A DNA stretch of 64,000 nucleotides from Bispira polyomma (lineage: Eukaryota): the NCBI GenBank assembly GCA_965649765.1, contig OZ287755.1, positions 40,486,001-40,550,000 of the forward strand. The letters run 5' to 3'. Both the position numbers and the translations under genes were made by a program. Below are positions 1-12,800 of this stretch, piece after piece; the first letter of the stretch is position 1; every line of letters begins with the position of its first letter. The notes under the pieces were generated by a model. That model was not told the DNA's origin. It ran no database searches and saw nothing but the letters and a program-made list of their open reading frames with translations.

Positions 1-1689
1 TTATAAGTAAGGCTACGTATATATGAATACTACTCCTCATATAAATGAGGCAGCATGGTCTGCGCATGCTTGCAATCTGGCATTATTTATACATATTACA
101 GTAATGACACAGCTCCATTTATTACACATACCTGTCATTTTGCCAATTGATGACCAGGACAAAGCGCACACACACACGCACATATGTAATCAGTCTGAGA
201 TCTAAGAAAGATATACAATTATTGTCTAGGGAAAAGGGGCTCCGCCCTTAAAACAAACTATAATATTAGCTATTTCTTACTTCTTGACTAAACTTAACAG
301 TTGCAGGGGTATTTATCACCTTATTTGTGTTATTAGTAAAAGCTAAAGCTATGATACTGTATCTCAACAGCTCCAATACATACAATTATAACAACCATTT
401 GAAAAACAAGGTAAGTTATCGGTTTAATTTAACCTGGTGGTTTCTGAGTTTAAGTCTGGTCAGAATGTAACCACAACTGTGACACAAAATCCCATCCTGT
501 AATTAGTGCTGGTGAAATACAATAATACCATAAAATATCTAATCACTTGTCATTTTACCATAAACACCTCCATAGCATAATTATGAGATTTAGATTTGTT
601 TTCACCTAAATCATATCACGACTAACAGTTTTGTTGTCAGTTTAAAGCGGTATAGGGTAGTTCATATGATATGTTATGATCGATTTTTGACGCACATAAT
701 TGATGCCAGGTTATCTGCTAAGGCCCTACATCATTGACGATACAGCGACCATTATAGTAACCTTAGTAACAGAGAGTTCATGATCGTAGAGAGTTAACGT
801 TTTCCTGTACTGTAAAACACCGGCCTCCAGCATGTTTACTGCCAGTCTTCCCACATTTGTTGCACTTTGTAACATTTGTAACAGAACACACAATGGCCTA
901 ACATTCGTGCCTCATTCCCACCTCTACACATGAATTCCAGTCTCTGCCCTCGCAAGGATCTGGGACTTGTTATTTCTGCACCAAAAAAAAACAGAAATAG
1001 GTAACAACACAAATCTTGTTTAGATATTTCGCTGTGTGAGCTGGTATGGTGTAGTGTAGAAGAGCAGTCTATGTAATCTTTATATCTCATCTTGCCTCTA
1101 GTTTTGTTTTGTGAAGAGTCTTGGTATGTAGTCGGCGGTCTATAAAGCTATGTACAATGTAGCATTGCTTGTCTACCAGTAAGTAGGCAATAGTTTGGTT
1201 AGATCTAACCCAAGGATGTTATCCTCCAGTAACCATTATGGTCCAAGACCATTCACCAGACCAATTCTCGAAACATTAGGGGAAAACTATAGATGACCCG
1301 GGTCGACCAGGTATGGCCAGATATGTAGTCATTTGGATAACTACTTAAAATAGGGTGACCTCTGTCATTGGCTCCTATCCTCAGTGGCATGCTAAAATAA
1401 CCTCGATAAAAATGGTGTCATACTCAAACCTCTGTCTCTTCAGGTAGGGGAATGGCAGTTACTGCTTACTAGTTGGCTGTATTAGGGGCTTTGAAGTACA
1501 AGTTGGTAATCTATTTTCAAAAAAAGAGAGGGTAAAAACAGTAATGTTTATCCTGACTTACTTTAATTACATTTTAACAGTTATAATTACATATATATGT
1601 GACTTTACATCCCATTTATTTTATGGTTCCCATTACATTATGAAAAATTACCGGGTGTGATTTATTACCAGATAGAGATAACATTTTAA

Positions 1690-1880
1690 ATTGGTTGGTT
1701 ATATGTTGGTTTCAGCACATTAGGTCATATCACGATGGCCAGATTCAATGGTGGAAGAAATCACCGACATACGGCAAGTACCCGACATACTTTCCCACAT
1801 GAAGTAACAGATGGGATTTCAACCCACACTGGTAAAAGGCCAGTGATTATGACGCTAACCTCCTAAGCCCCAATGCTCTC
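1690..1880 (-). mobile_element. SINE family B copy (tRNA-derived, degenerate)
   Basis: Reverse complement of the copies at 4428-4640, 6460-6690 and 42920-43115 (shared ...ttcc(t)ccaccatt...tggcc(a/g)tcg(t/c)gatatgacc... core). Confidence 0.6.
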
Positions 1881-1935
1881 AGGCAGCCCCAAGGCAGTAA
1901 TTGATGGTTATATGGTAAACCAAAAAAAAAAACAC

Positions 1936-2038
1936 TGACTCAGGTGTGTAATCAGTGCTGTCTGTACTTATAAATACGGGGAACGGGAACTTTACTCCGG
2001 CATAATACCATACTCAGATGTACAGAACATTTAAACAG
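1936..2038 (+). promoter_or_regulatory. Putative GST promoter and non-coding first exon
   Basis: TGACTCA (AP-1-type) at 1936-1942, TATAAA at 1969-1974, strong donor CAG|GTGAGT at 2038/2039; the next acceptor (cag at 3301-3303) lies just before the GST ATG. Confidence 0.55.
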
Positions 2039-2499
2039 GTGAGTGGTAGTCTAGATGTGTAGTTGTTTGTGGATTTAAATAACCAACATAGTTCACCTAT
2101 AACTATTATTAAACATGTGTGTTTGCTGTTATTACTTATGAAGAGGTATTTTTTCTTGGGTTTTTTTTTTTTTTCTATATTGTAGTTCTAGTCCTATACT
2201 AATCCGAAAGACTACATACCTTTTTTGTCGATGTGTATTAAAAGTGTGTCACGAAGCAACATATACTAGTGGTACACCAGTTAAGGCCCATGTACAAATT
2301 GGTGCCCACCCAGATCGAGACAGTGGGTATCTCTTTGTAGGCACATATATTTGGTCATACAAAACATATTTATATAATAATTGATTGGATATAATAATTG
2401 TTTGCTTCATTGTTTAAACAATATTTCAACAATTTGCATCGATTGGTACACCAGAGGCGTTAACTGGTGTACCACCACTGCAGGCCAGGGCTTTGTAAT

Positions 2500-2820
2500 C
2501 CCCGTGGTCTAGTTGTTAATGTGTTGGTCTTATGATCAGAAGGTCCTCGGTTCTATCCCCAGTCCCGGCTGCTAGTTTCATTTGGTGAGATAACATCCTT
2601 AGGCAAGATGTGAACACAAATTTGCCTAGTGGATGACCACTTAAAATGGCGGTTCTCTGTCACTGAGTAATATCTCCAGTAGCAGATTAAAGATCCTTGG
2701 GTATATTGATAAATCATCCTCAAGCACCTCGGCGCCCATAGTGGCATGCCCATTTGTATATATTAGAGTAATGGTTATTTAAAGCGCTATATAAATGTTG
2801 TATAATAAAAATAATATGTT
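2500..2820 (+). mobile_element. tRNA-derived SINE family A with CORE-like centre and L2-like tail
   Basis: A-box-like gtggtctagttg, B-box-like ggttctatccc, central gataacatccttaggcaagatgtgaacac, 3' taaagcgctatataaat...taataa tail; related copies at 16700-16858 (-) and ~45810-46030 (+). Confidence 0.7.
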
Positions 2821-3315
2821 TTCAATCAATCTAGGGTATTATTTTGCATGTAAGGCCTTTGGATATGTAGTGGTACAAAAAATTGCATATCTTCTGTGCA
2901 GTTGTGGGTTCGAATATCGGCACTCTGTTGTATGTTGGGGGAATTTTCAGTGGACTTGCTGCAGGCATGTGGTCTCCACAGGCAGACAACCCTGACCAAC
3001 TACTACTACCCTGCTGATTATAAGAGTAAGGGCGGCGAAATATGGGCATACCAACATATTTTAACAGAATTGTGGGTACTTTATGGCATAATATTAACAC
3101 AATATTTGTCACTGCCATGTGCCCATAATATGCAGTGTATCAATACCCTGCTATGAGTTCGTACACTAGTAAACTGTGGTCAAATGACAAAAAAAGTATT
3201 GAAAATTGGCCATGTTGATGAAACAAATTATATATACAACCAAAATCTAACTTGTATATGCAGACTAACTTTTTAAATAAGACCCTTTTTGTTCATATAA
3301 CAGACATTCAAGAAG

Positions 3316-6300
3316 ATGCCAGCCCTGAAGTTCTACAATGACATGCTGTCGCAGCCAGTCAGGGCTGTCTGGATATTAATGAAGACAAGTCAAATCCCAT
3401 TCGAATCCGTCCCTGTGGCTCTCCTAAAAGGTTAGTTCAGATACTGCATATCAAGTATAGCACTGCACCTTTATCTGTTAAGTTTAATTTGGTATGCAAA
3501 AAGTTTGGTGTGATTTCTTGAACTACCCTATTGTGTATTAGTTACTGCCCTGAACACTTTGGACAGTGGGGCGATGCTGTATTCTCCCTCTGCATATCGA
3601 AACAGGTTTTGGTTTGCCAACACAACATTGTTAAATAGGAGCTGCAAGATATATGGTCCAGATTCCATAGAATATGAGGAACATTTTGTATTTAATTGTA
3701 ATGTGTATGACAATAATAGAAGTATTTTATTTGATCAAGCAATTACTCTAGAAGAATCATTTACTAGTATGTCTGTCCAAGATAAATGGGAATTTTTAAT
3801 GACAAATCCTGGCATAATTAAAGGCTTTGGACAATATATTGTGAACTCTTGGAATGTAAGACCATTATTAATATATGTTATGTAGGTTTATCCTTCATTC
3901 ACTCTTACTTATCAGTATAAAATATTATAGGTTAACTTTCAAAAAAAAATTTTTAACGACTATATCCTAAAGGTCTCGTAGGTCCAAACTGGCCGGCTTG
4001 TTTAATGTGCACCACTTTGTTGACAGTTTGATTATATAAATATTGAACACATGTTACAACCAGGTGGGAGTGAGTTTAATGAGTGGGGCTGAATTTATTG
4101 TATAATATATAATAATAAAATATTAAGTACACCTCCCAAGCCAGGTTGGACATATACTATTTCGCAATATTGCATTTGAAGTCTTAGTTCCTTCTTGTGT
4201 TTCACTTAAAAGAATGATGATATTCTTATTAAATTTGACTTAGGAGTCTGTTATGAAAGTAATTTGCATGCGATTGTTTTTTGGGTTTGATACCCTGTAA
4301 ACACCCATTGTAAAAATATTTTTTAAAATTAAACTTTTTCTAAGATAAAATATCTATATTATCAGAATTGCTTTGTGTGTTTAACAAAAGTGTAGCCATA
4401 TTTTATTGCTGTTTTAAATATTTTTGAGGGACCTCGGTGACTTTGTGGTTTAAAGCTTTCATTCTTAGTAATGTGGGTTTGAATCCTGTTTGTTCCTTTT
4501 TGTGAAAAGTTTATCAGGTATTTGCCTTAGAGTGATGTTTAGCTGTGCGGGAGCACTGGTTTCCTTTGCCATTATATATGGATGTCGTGATATAACAAAG
4601 GGTGTTTCACTTGAAAGCAAAGTGAAATTAAACTAATTTATTAATTTAGTAGCATATATTCATGATCTTTATGTTCATCAAGTAAATTACAAAGACAATT
4701 TTATATCCAAATACTCTTATTAATGTCTAATGACGTCTTATGGTTGTTATGGTATAAATATTTTTCAAACAAAGTCGTTTTAATTTCACAGGTGAACATA
4801 AGAAGAAAGACTACCTTGATAAAGTACCAGCCGGCCAGGTGCCAGCTATTGAAGATGAAGGTTTTATCCTCACAGAAAGGTAAAGTCAAACTGGTACTGA
4901 TATCGTTCAGAGGTCTATATGTGTATATATTATGTATGTAAGTATATATTTTTTGAAAAACAGAACTAATATAGAAAATAGTTTTGTAATACTATAAATG
5001 AAGATTGACAGATACAACTGTGATGCATTGTAGTTTGCATTTTTAACGCGCCTTATTGATGCGAGGCATCTTCTATAGCACAAGAATAGAATGATTTACC
5101 CAATACAGAACTCCTACAAAACATAGCCGCGGCCGTAAAAATGAACGTGGTGGTGTACAGACAGGGAATTGAGGGGGGTAAGCAAGATTAAAGAGAGATA
5201 GGGTTTAAGTTTTTATTCCTGAAGTCAGATAGTGGTTCTAGCTCTCTAAACTCAACAGGAAGACTATTCCTTAACATAGGTGCAGTAATTAGAAAGCTCT
5301 ATATCCAGCCCTCTTGCTGGGATTTACCGAGGCAACGGTAAGTCTTTTTCCCCATCTTAATGTTACTAAAGCAAAGACAAGTAGCAAGATAGAAGAGTTG
5401 TTAAGATACAATAGCTTTAAAAGTGGTGACATGGACTTTAAACAAAAATTTGATAATGAAAATAGAAAGTTACTATAATATCATATTTCCAGTCAAGCAT
5501 ATACATGCATATGCATATATACATACATATACATGAAAGAAAACTAATAAAAATATAAAAAAATAATCGTTTTATAAAGACCCATTTTTAGAAACATCAA
5601 GTAACTGTTTGCATTGCTGTTTTAAACTTACAACAATACAAACATATTTTTGACACTATTTTGTGCTGAAATTAGTTTAAATAATCAACAAAGAAAACTA
5701 GACACAATTAGGACCCGGACACAATTGCGACCACAACATGTAATGTAATACTATAAATGAATATAAGATATAACTGTATTGTCATATTTCCAGTCAGGCC
5801 ATCCTGACCTACCTGTGTAAAAAATACCCCAAGCTAGTGGCCTCCAACTGGTACCCATCTGGTCTGAATGAAAGAGCAAGAGTAGATGAATACATGAGCT
5901 GGCACCAAAGTAATCTGAGAAAGAATGGTGTGGCCTACTTTGTAAATAAGGTAAACAAAGTTTTGACATTTCAGAGTTATAGTAAAATAAACTGTAGAAT
6001 AGTGAATTTTATAAGTTTATTGAAATGTACATTACTCGGCAGTAGACGATCCTCCACACCAACTAGCATATTCTCATTTCCTTCACCAGTGAACTGTGAA
6101 TTAAGATATGATACAAGTGTGTAATGGTAAAGCCCAACATATCTAATGTAATCAATTGTTTATTTAATTTTGTTTATTACACATGTAGCTTTAAATAAAT
6201 GGAGAAAGCTGCCTACTAATATATCATTTATAATTATAATATGATTGTATTAACTGGTATTGTATGAACCGATTTAATCAAAACTGCATGGATGTTCACT

Positions 6301-7155
6301 ACCTTTAGCTATTTTTCCGGTAATAGTGGTCAAAGTCTCTATTGATATCCACAAATCTAGGATTTTACTGTATTAATTTAATGTACATAATACAACATAA
6401 GTACATAATACAAGACATTTTATTTTCATTTATACACCAAAAAAAGTATTAACATTTCTTTAGCGGTGGTGTAAATTGTGTTCTGGAAGCTGGGTTTGAT
6501 TTAAACTAGATAGTAATGTTGTATCGGGCATCACATTATATGATGATTGCAATGTGAAAGTGTTATACAATCGCTGGTCTTTAACTATTTACAGGGCTTC
6601 AGCACTGGTTCCTCTACCATTAAATTTGGCCGTCGTGATATGACCTAAGCTGTTGAAGGGGGCGTAAAACCCAACTAAATTTAAATGCAAACTACTTAAG
6701 AAGTAACCACATGTTACAGTTAATCATATAAATACATAGTTAATTTTCTGTAGTGGCTTGGCTGACTGGTGCATATCTATAATTATGATACAATAAGATA
6801 TAGCTATAAATACATAAATATCATTCTGTTGTGGTTGCAGTTTTTCCTCCCCAACATATTCAAGAAACCTGTGGATGATGCCAAAATTCAGGAGGTCACA
6901 GAAAACCTGACCAAGACTCTGGATTTTTTGGAGAACAACTTTCTGCAGAAAAACCCCTTTCTTGCAGGCAGTGAAATTTCCCTGGCTGACCTAATGGCTT
7001 ACTGTGAGATCATGCAGCCTGTGGCAGAGGGATTTGACGTTAAAAAGGGAAGGCCTAAGCTAGCTGCCTGGATGGAAAAGGTCAAGGGCAAGCTTAGCCC
7101 AGTCGTTACTGAAGCTCACGAGGCTATTTTAGAACTATGTAAGAGCAAAAAATGA
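3316..7155 (+). CDS. GSTT: Glutathione S-transferase, theta class, 224 aa; coding exons 3316-3430, 4792-4879, 5794-5950, 6841-7155
   Basis: All introns are GT-AG and phase-compatible (115+88+157+315=675 nt). Translation MPALKFYNDMLSQPVRAVWILMK...GQVPAIEDEGFILTESQAILTYL...RARVDEYMSWH...FLAGSEISLADLMAYCEIMQP has the theta-class catalytic Ser motif (SQPxR), cis-Pro VP, ES and N-cap SLAD motifs. AATAAA at ~7195. Confidence 0.93.
3559..3885 (+). mobile_element. 3' fragment of a non-LTR retrotransposon ORF2 inside a GST intron
   Basis: RSCKIYGPDSIEYEEHFVFNCNVYDNNR resembles the C-terminal C..C...E.E.HF...C..Y...R zinc-knuckle region of LINE ORF2 proteins. Confidence 0.6.
4428..4640 (+). mobile_element. 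SINE family B copy
   Basis: B-box-like gggtttgaatcc and the shared gcactggtttcc...gtcgtgatata...ttgaaag core. Confidence 0.55.
5040..5450 (-). mobile_element. L2/CR1-type LINE 3' end fragment
   Basis: Minus strand reads like an ORF2 tail (FLITAPMLRNSLPVEFRELEPLSDFRNKNLNP) followed by a 3' UTR similar to those at 18200-18560, 59150-59620 and 59660-59900. Confidence 0.55.
6460..6690 (+). mobile_element. SINE family B copy
   Basis: cagcactggttcctctaccattaaatttggccgtcgtgatatgacctaagctgttgaag...gcgtaaaaccc matches 42920-43115. Confidence 0.6.
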
Positions 7156-7206
7156 TGTTAGTAGAGCAAACATGAAAGGGTACTTGTTCAGTAGAATAAA
7201 TGTTGA

Positions 7207-7212
<6 letters not shown>

Positions 7213-7243
<31 letters not shown>
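7213..7243. repeat. (TA)n microsatellite
   Basis: Direct reading. Confidence 0.95.
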
Positions 7244-7246
<3 letters not shown>

Positions 7247-7740
7247 GTATAGGTGTGTACTACAAGTATGAATGTTGTGATGCAAATGGAAGTGTGTATT
7301 GGTATTTGGATTGTTGTATTTTGTGAAATATAGGAAAATAAAAATGTTATGAATTTTTGTTGATAAAATCCAGTTACAGTGTTATTGTGTGCAAAATATA
7401 ATATAATAAAATATATGAAACCTTATATAGAGATTCTGAATATTCATTGGACTTTAAAAATATAGTTAAAGCCCAAGTATCCAAATGTTCCCAGAGATAG
7501 TAGTTGTGTTTGGATAAGCGGGAAGTTTGGACACATAGGAGACTTACATTGCAATATTACTTGATTTTTAAGGACTAGTTCAACTGCAGCATTTCAACTA
7601 CCTTTTAAATATTATTTTGCACATTTATTGTATATTAGGCAAGTACTGCATCTTTCAGTGACTTTTGGTACTGTTTATTATTCAGTCTAATTATCCATCC
7701 TTAAATTCTAATCTAATCTACTGTAATACTTTTAGTTGCT

Positions 7741-7910
7741 AAATCTACCTGAATTGACACAGGTTGAGCCAGATGTCTTAGTTTGAGCGCTAACAATCCA
7801 GATTGAACCAGGTAGTTTCAAACCTCTAAATCTTTACCTGAATTGACACAGGTTGAGCCAGATGTCTTAGTTTGAACAATCCAGATTGAACCAGGTAGTT
7901 TCCAAACCTC
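7741..7910 (+). repeat. ~88-bp tandem duplication within a dispersed repeat (7700-8070) that is also present at 46810-47165
   Basis: aaatct(t)tacctgaattgacacaggttgagccagatgtcttagtttga...aacaatccagattgaaccaggtagttt occurs twice in tandem; diverged copy near 46880. Confidence 0.8.
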
Positions 7911-9899
7911 CTCCGAAGGCAGATTGATTCATATTTACGGTGTGAATGCTGTCAATCCAGGTTGAGCAGGGTCACAGTTGACATTTCAGCTGGGTCTGCT
8001 CTAGATATGTTAAATAAGGAGAATGGCTTGGCTGATATGAACCATATCAATTAGCAGTGGACTGCTGAAACTAATAGCAAATTTCATTTCACCGAGAAAT
8101 CAAGGTTTGAGTGATTTTATTAATCAGTTATCTTACTTATAATGTAGTTCTGTCATATTACTTAAAAAATTAAAATAAACTTGATAACTTTCAATAGAAT
8201 ATTGGTTATCAGTGTACTAAAAAAAGGTGACAAGGCTGAGCAAAAAAGATGAGCATTAATGTATTTTTTAAGATATGAATGCTAGATTATTCCAGACAGA
8301 AGATGTCCTATTTCATGTTGATTTGTCAAAATGGCTACTGCATGGGTAACTGTATTGAATTATGGTATGATACATCTGGTACCACGACACTTATTTAGAA
8401 GAATGAACCTGGGTGGTAAAACTCAACCCCATTTTTCAAACCCCAATATCACTTCATTTTGGAGTTCCACATCTAACCTTGGTCCTTTATTGTTTCACAT
8501 TTACACTATGCTGCTAAGTTCTCTAAGTAGCACCCATAAAATTCCAAACAACAAGTAACTTTTCAACTTATTTTTCGGTACTTCATGATTGCCTCACTGA
8601 TATACACTCTTGGATATTTCAAAACATCCTAATTGGTTTCTGAATTTCTGGACAACCAGGTTTCTCTGGGTGATATTGTTACAAATCAGGGTGATCCTTT
8701 TTCGCACACATTTGTCTTTTCTCGGCGGACGACTTATTTACTTATTCTACAAATCGGGCACCTCAACAAAGGGCAGACATGCTTCATTATGCTTTGAGAC
8801 ATCACAATGTCATGTGTGATGTACATTGATGCAAAGAACATCATATTGCGATCAGACTATTGTTTTACTAAAAACCATCACAAACTACCACTGGGCTGAT
8901 TCAAAAATTTATACACTAAGTCATAGTAATATACTCAATTGAACTAAAATATAGTTACACAGTAGCCCACACTAAAATGCCTAGTCTGTCTTTGACTCTG
9001 AAACCTGAACTTATTAATATTTTTAAAAAGTATTTCCTTATAATAAAAGGAAAATATTTTATTAGTATTGTGTAAACCATATTTTCACGCCTGTTCTATC
9101 TATATCTGTCAGATTAATACCAGTTGTCATTATGAATTGACCAACGACTTGCAGTTCTGAGTGACTACATTATGGGCCTATATTGGCGATGATTTTCACT
9201 TAAAATAATTTTAATCCAATTTTAAGAGATTGGATCCACTATTGCTCTTCCTGATCTGACAGAGCTACTCCTGGATTGGCTGGATCCAGTCGGAGCCACT
9301 TTTAACCTAATGGAGTTAATCATTTTAAAGCCTCTGATGAGAACAACTACCATTAGTGTCAGCGATACTGCATCGAGTACTGCTTTAACCACCTAGATGT
9401 GGAATCCACTACTGGTAACTTCAGCAAGAGCACCAAGAGAAGGAGTCTCCCTTTAGTTGATACTTTACACAGGACCAACATTCTGTGAAAAAGATGGCTT
9501 TTAGTGATATGCAATGGCTAGGAAAGGACACCAACTGAGACTCCACCACGAGGCGTAGATGTCAGGAATTATATTTTATCTTGACCTTCCCTAACACAAA
9601 CCCTGCAGGTCTCAATATATTTCTGTGCGTGTATGCTAGCTTGCCACACTCCTAGGCTGTTTTAATCATTTTTCAATGAAATATTGAAGTTTTAAATTGT
9701 TTCTCTATAAAAAATGGTTAATATTGCCAGTAAAGTATCATTTTAAGGTATGCAGCATAATATCTCGGCAGCACATTTATGTTTTTTACGTTCATAGCCC
9801 CTTAAATGCTCAGTCAATTTTGAAAACTAGATGTACTCATGTGGCCGTATTCTAAAAAGAAACTTTCGGGGGCAGTGTTTAAGCATTGTCCTTGTCAGT

Positions 9900-12800
9900 C
9901 GTCCACGACCTTAAATCTATGAGGGTACCAGTCTGTTGCTAACACAGGTATGAAAGTTAAGTCAATAAACAAACCCCATGTCGTTAAAAAATAATACAGG
10001 TAATTGAATCTGAGTGGGCGGCGCCCACAAGACAATAGAAAATTAGTAAATAAGTCCAGTTTAAATTTAGCCACAGACAAGTATTTTACTTTACATGATT
10101 TCACAAACGGTGATTTATGATACATATGGAAACACACACGAGGACTATTTTTGTTTTTTAGTGTTTTCTCCTCTCTGACAACCTCATGCTTGATTATCCC
10201 TCGGGCTGAGTATAAAGGGACGAAAATCATTTCTAGTTTTGTATAATTTAGTATATTCTTAGACGAGATATAATCAAGTTTTGGAGTGGTCAGACGGGAA
10301 GGCTGAGGGCTGTTTATTCTTATTTCAGTGACTATATGCACATATTCAAAAATTAAAACATTAAAGGGATTTAAAAAATGCCACAATCAAAGGGATTGTG
10401 TAAGAAGTGTGGCAACAGAGACATCCCCCCTACTGGAAAGAAATGCACCAGGGAAAGTCATGTAAAGACAGATACAGAAGTTGTGTTAGAAGATGCTCGT
10501 TCAGTGAAGGACACTCCTATTAAAAAACACGGGCGGGACACTCGGAACGGAAAGAAGTCGGCGGCGGATGCAGGCGGTGACGACCAGGACATCCAGAAGC
10601 AGATTCTCCAGTAACTCCAGATTGTGAACTCAAGGCTGGATCCTGTAGAAGGCCAAGTGGCTGAATCCAGGACTAGACGCACAAAGGGACATAGGACTAG
10701 TGGAAAGTTAAGTAGAACTCTTTTAAATCAAAAATGTAGTACTCGTTAAAACACTTCAGATTCTGATTCCTCAGATGAGGAGCAAGTATTGCCAAATCTA
10801 TCTACTTTGAGCAGTTCTGCTTCCTTTCAGCGTCGTGTCGATAATAGATTAAGGGAATTGGAAAAAGACAGTCAAAGTGCAGGTAATGATAGTTAAAGTA
10901 AAATAAAATCACAAAGAGGGGGCGTGGTTGACGTGGTAGTAAAAAATAAAGTGACCTGGCCTCAAGAGGCAATTCTAGGGGGGTTACTAGAAACAGAATG
11001 TCTTATGACCAGTTGTCCCTTACCCAATGGGTTCAAGGTTTCTGTAAGGATATTATGGATGACTCAGACAGTGATAAAAAAGACAAAAATGGTGGCCTAC
11101 ATGTCGGATCTTATGGAGGATGCAACGGATTTCACATGGCAAGGGGCAAAAGCAGCTCATGCTGTCTTGCTATGTGAAATGGAAAGAGGCACCCTCATAT
11201 GGGATGACAGTAATCGGGTCGATAGAATTCGCAGGGCTCATGCCCAGAAACATACTAGCAATACTTTTGGCAATGGCAAAAATTGGGAGAAAAAATCAGA
11301 TCACAGTGGCAAAAAACATTGGTTTTGCAAATTTTGAAACAGGGATGTGTCAACACACAAAAGACCACAAAATTGGTGGCAAATTGCATAGACACATTTG
11401 TGCTCACTGTCTGGCTACAGGTAGGGTGTTGTCTCATCCGGAAAAAGAATGTCTTTTCGCTAAGAAGAATGGTCAGCAGGCAAAAAACAAGTAAGCAGCT
11501 GTCTTCATAATATTAGTACAGAAGGCAGCTGGGGTCAAGATAACAAAGGCCACTTAGAAGTCAGTCATAGTAAGGACACAGCTAATGTTTTAGTGGTTCG
11601 AAAAAAGCAGCAAATGATGGTGTGGGATATATAGTTCCAAAGACTAAAAATGACATGTATAGAGAAAAAGAACAATTTGTTGGTTGCAATGAGACTACAG
11701 AATTGACTAGTCTCAAGGGTTTTAGTGTACAAAATGGTAAACACTCTCAGTACAGAGCCAAGTTTAATGACAAGTATTTTTACAGTAGTAAAGTCAAAAA
11801 ACAAGATGTTGACAGTCTATTAAAAGATGTGATGTGTACATTTAGGGCTGTAAGTTGTGATGTCAGAGCTAGATCATATGCTAGTCTAGTGAAAACCAGA
11901 CTTAAGGGAAACAAACGACACACGACTAACACTGAAATGCAGCACAAAAAGTAAGACATGCTAGGGTAGAAATATGTAGTGATAGTACTAGAACATACAA
12001 AGACAAGGTGAAACATGATGTGGTAAAGGGGGACGTGAGGGAAATCCCTCCCTTTAAATCAATTGAATCCAAGAGTGTCAAAGGCTTAGTGGACAAGCAG
12101 GAAACAAAACTAATTTACGACATAAATGGTGTTAAGGACAAGTTCATTCACTCGATACTATTTAACAATGGTAAAATGAAGTCAAAACAACCTGAGGTGC
12201 AATGTGACACGTTTGATCAGTTTAAACGACAAACTGAATTCCAATTTGGCTTTATTCCTCTGAATGACCTCACACTCCCTGACAGCACTGACAGTAATAA
12301 CAGTAGCATTAAATGTCCAATTAAGAGACACAATGAAGTGAAAAAAGTGGGCCGGCCTAACTTTATGGGGGCTCGTATACCCGTCGAGTCACAATTGAAC
12401 ACAGACACACAGAACAATGGAGAGAAATGCTTAATGGTTTTTGGGATAGCCAACTTATTCAGTTAATAGAATTTGGTTTTCCTCTGGGCTTTAATAGACA
12501 CTGCCAACTTAAGTGTGATGTGGACAATCATAAATCGGCTCAGGAGTATGCCAAGGATGTCAGGGTATACATTAATGAGGAAAAAAGCCATGGAGCCTTA
12601 GTAGGTCCTTTTCAAAACAATCCAATTAAGAATGGGCATAGCTCTCCATTCATGACAAGACATAAACCAAACTCTGACAATAGGCGAGTTATAACTGACT
12701 TAAGTTGGCCCAGGGGTTTTTTAGTCAATGCAGGAGTGGACAAAGACAGCTACTTAGGTGCTGACTTTAACTTGAGTTTTCCAACTATTGACGATTTGAC

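Noticed and set aside
836-1090. 84-aa Cys-rich minus-strand ORF or zinc-knuckle-like remnant
   Set aside because: Too degenerate to assign; no supporting splice structure.
9895-10386. 163-aa minus-strand ORF
   Set aside because: Antisense to the E1 5' region, with no recognisable motif.
11488-11497. Second splice donor at the end of ORF1 (E1 caa|gtaagc; E2 caag|gtaaca at ~32276) for ORF2 expression
   Set aside because: Not present in E3 and no consistent acceptor identified.
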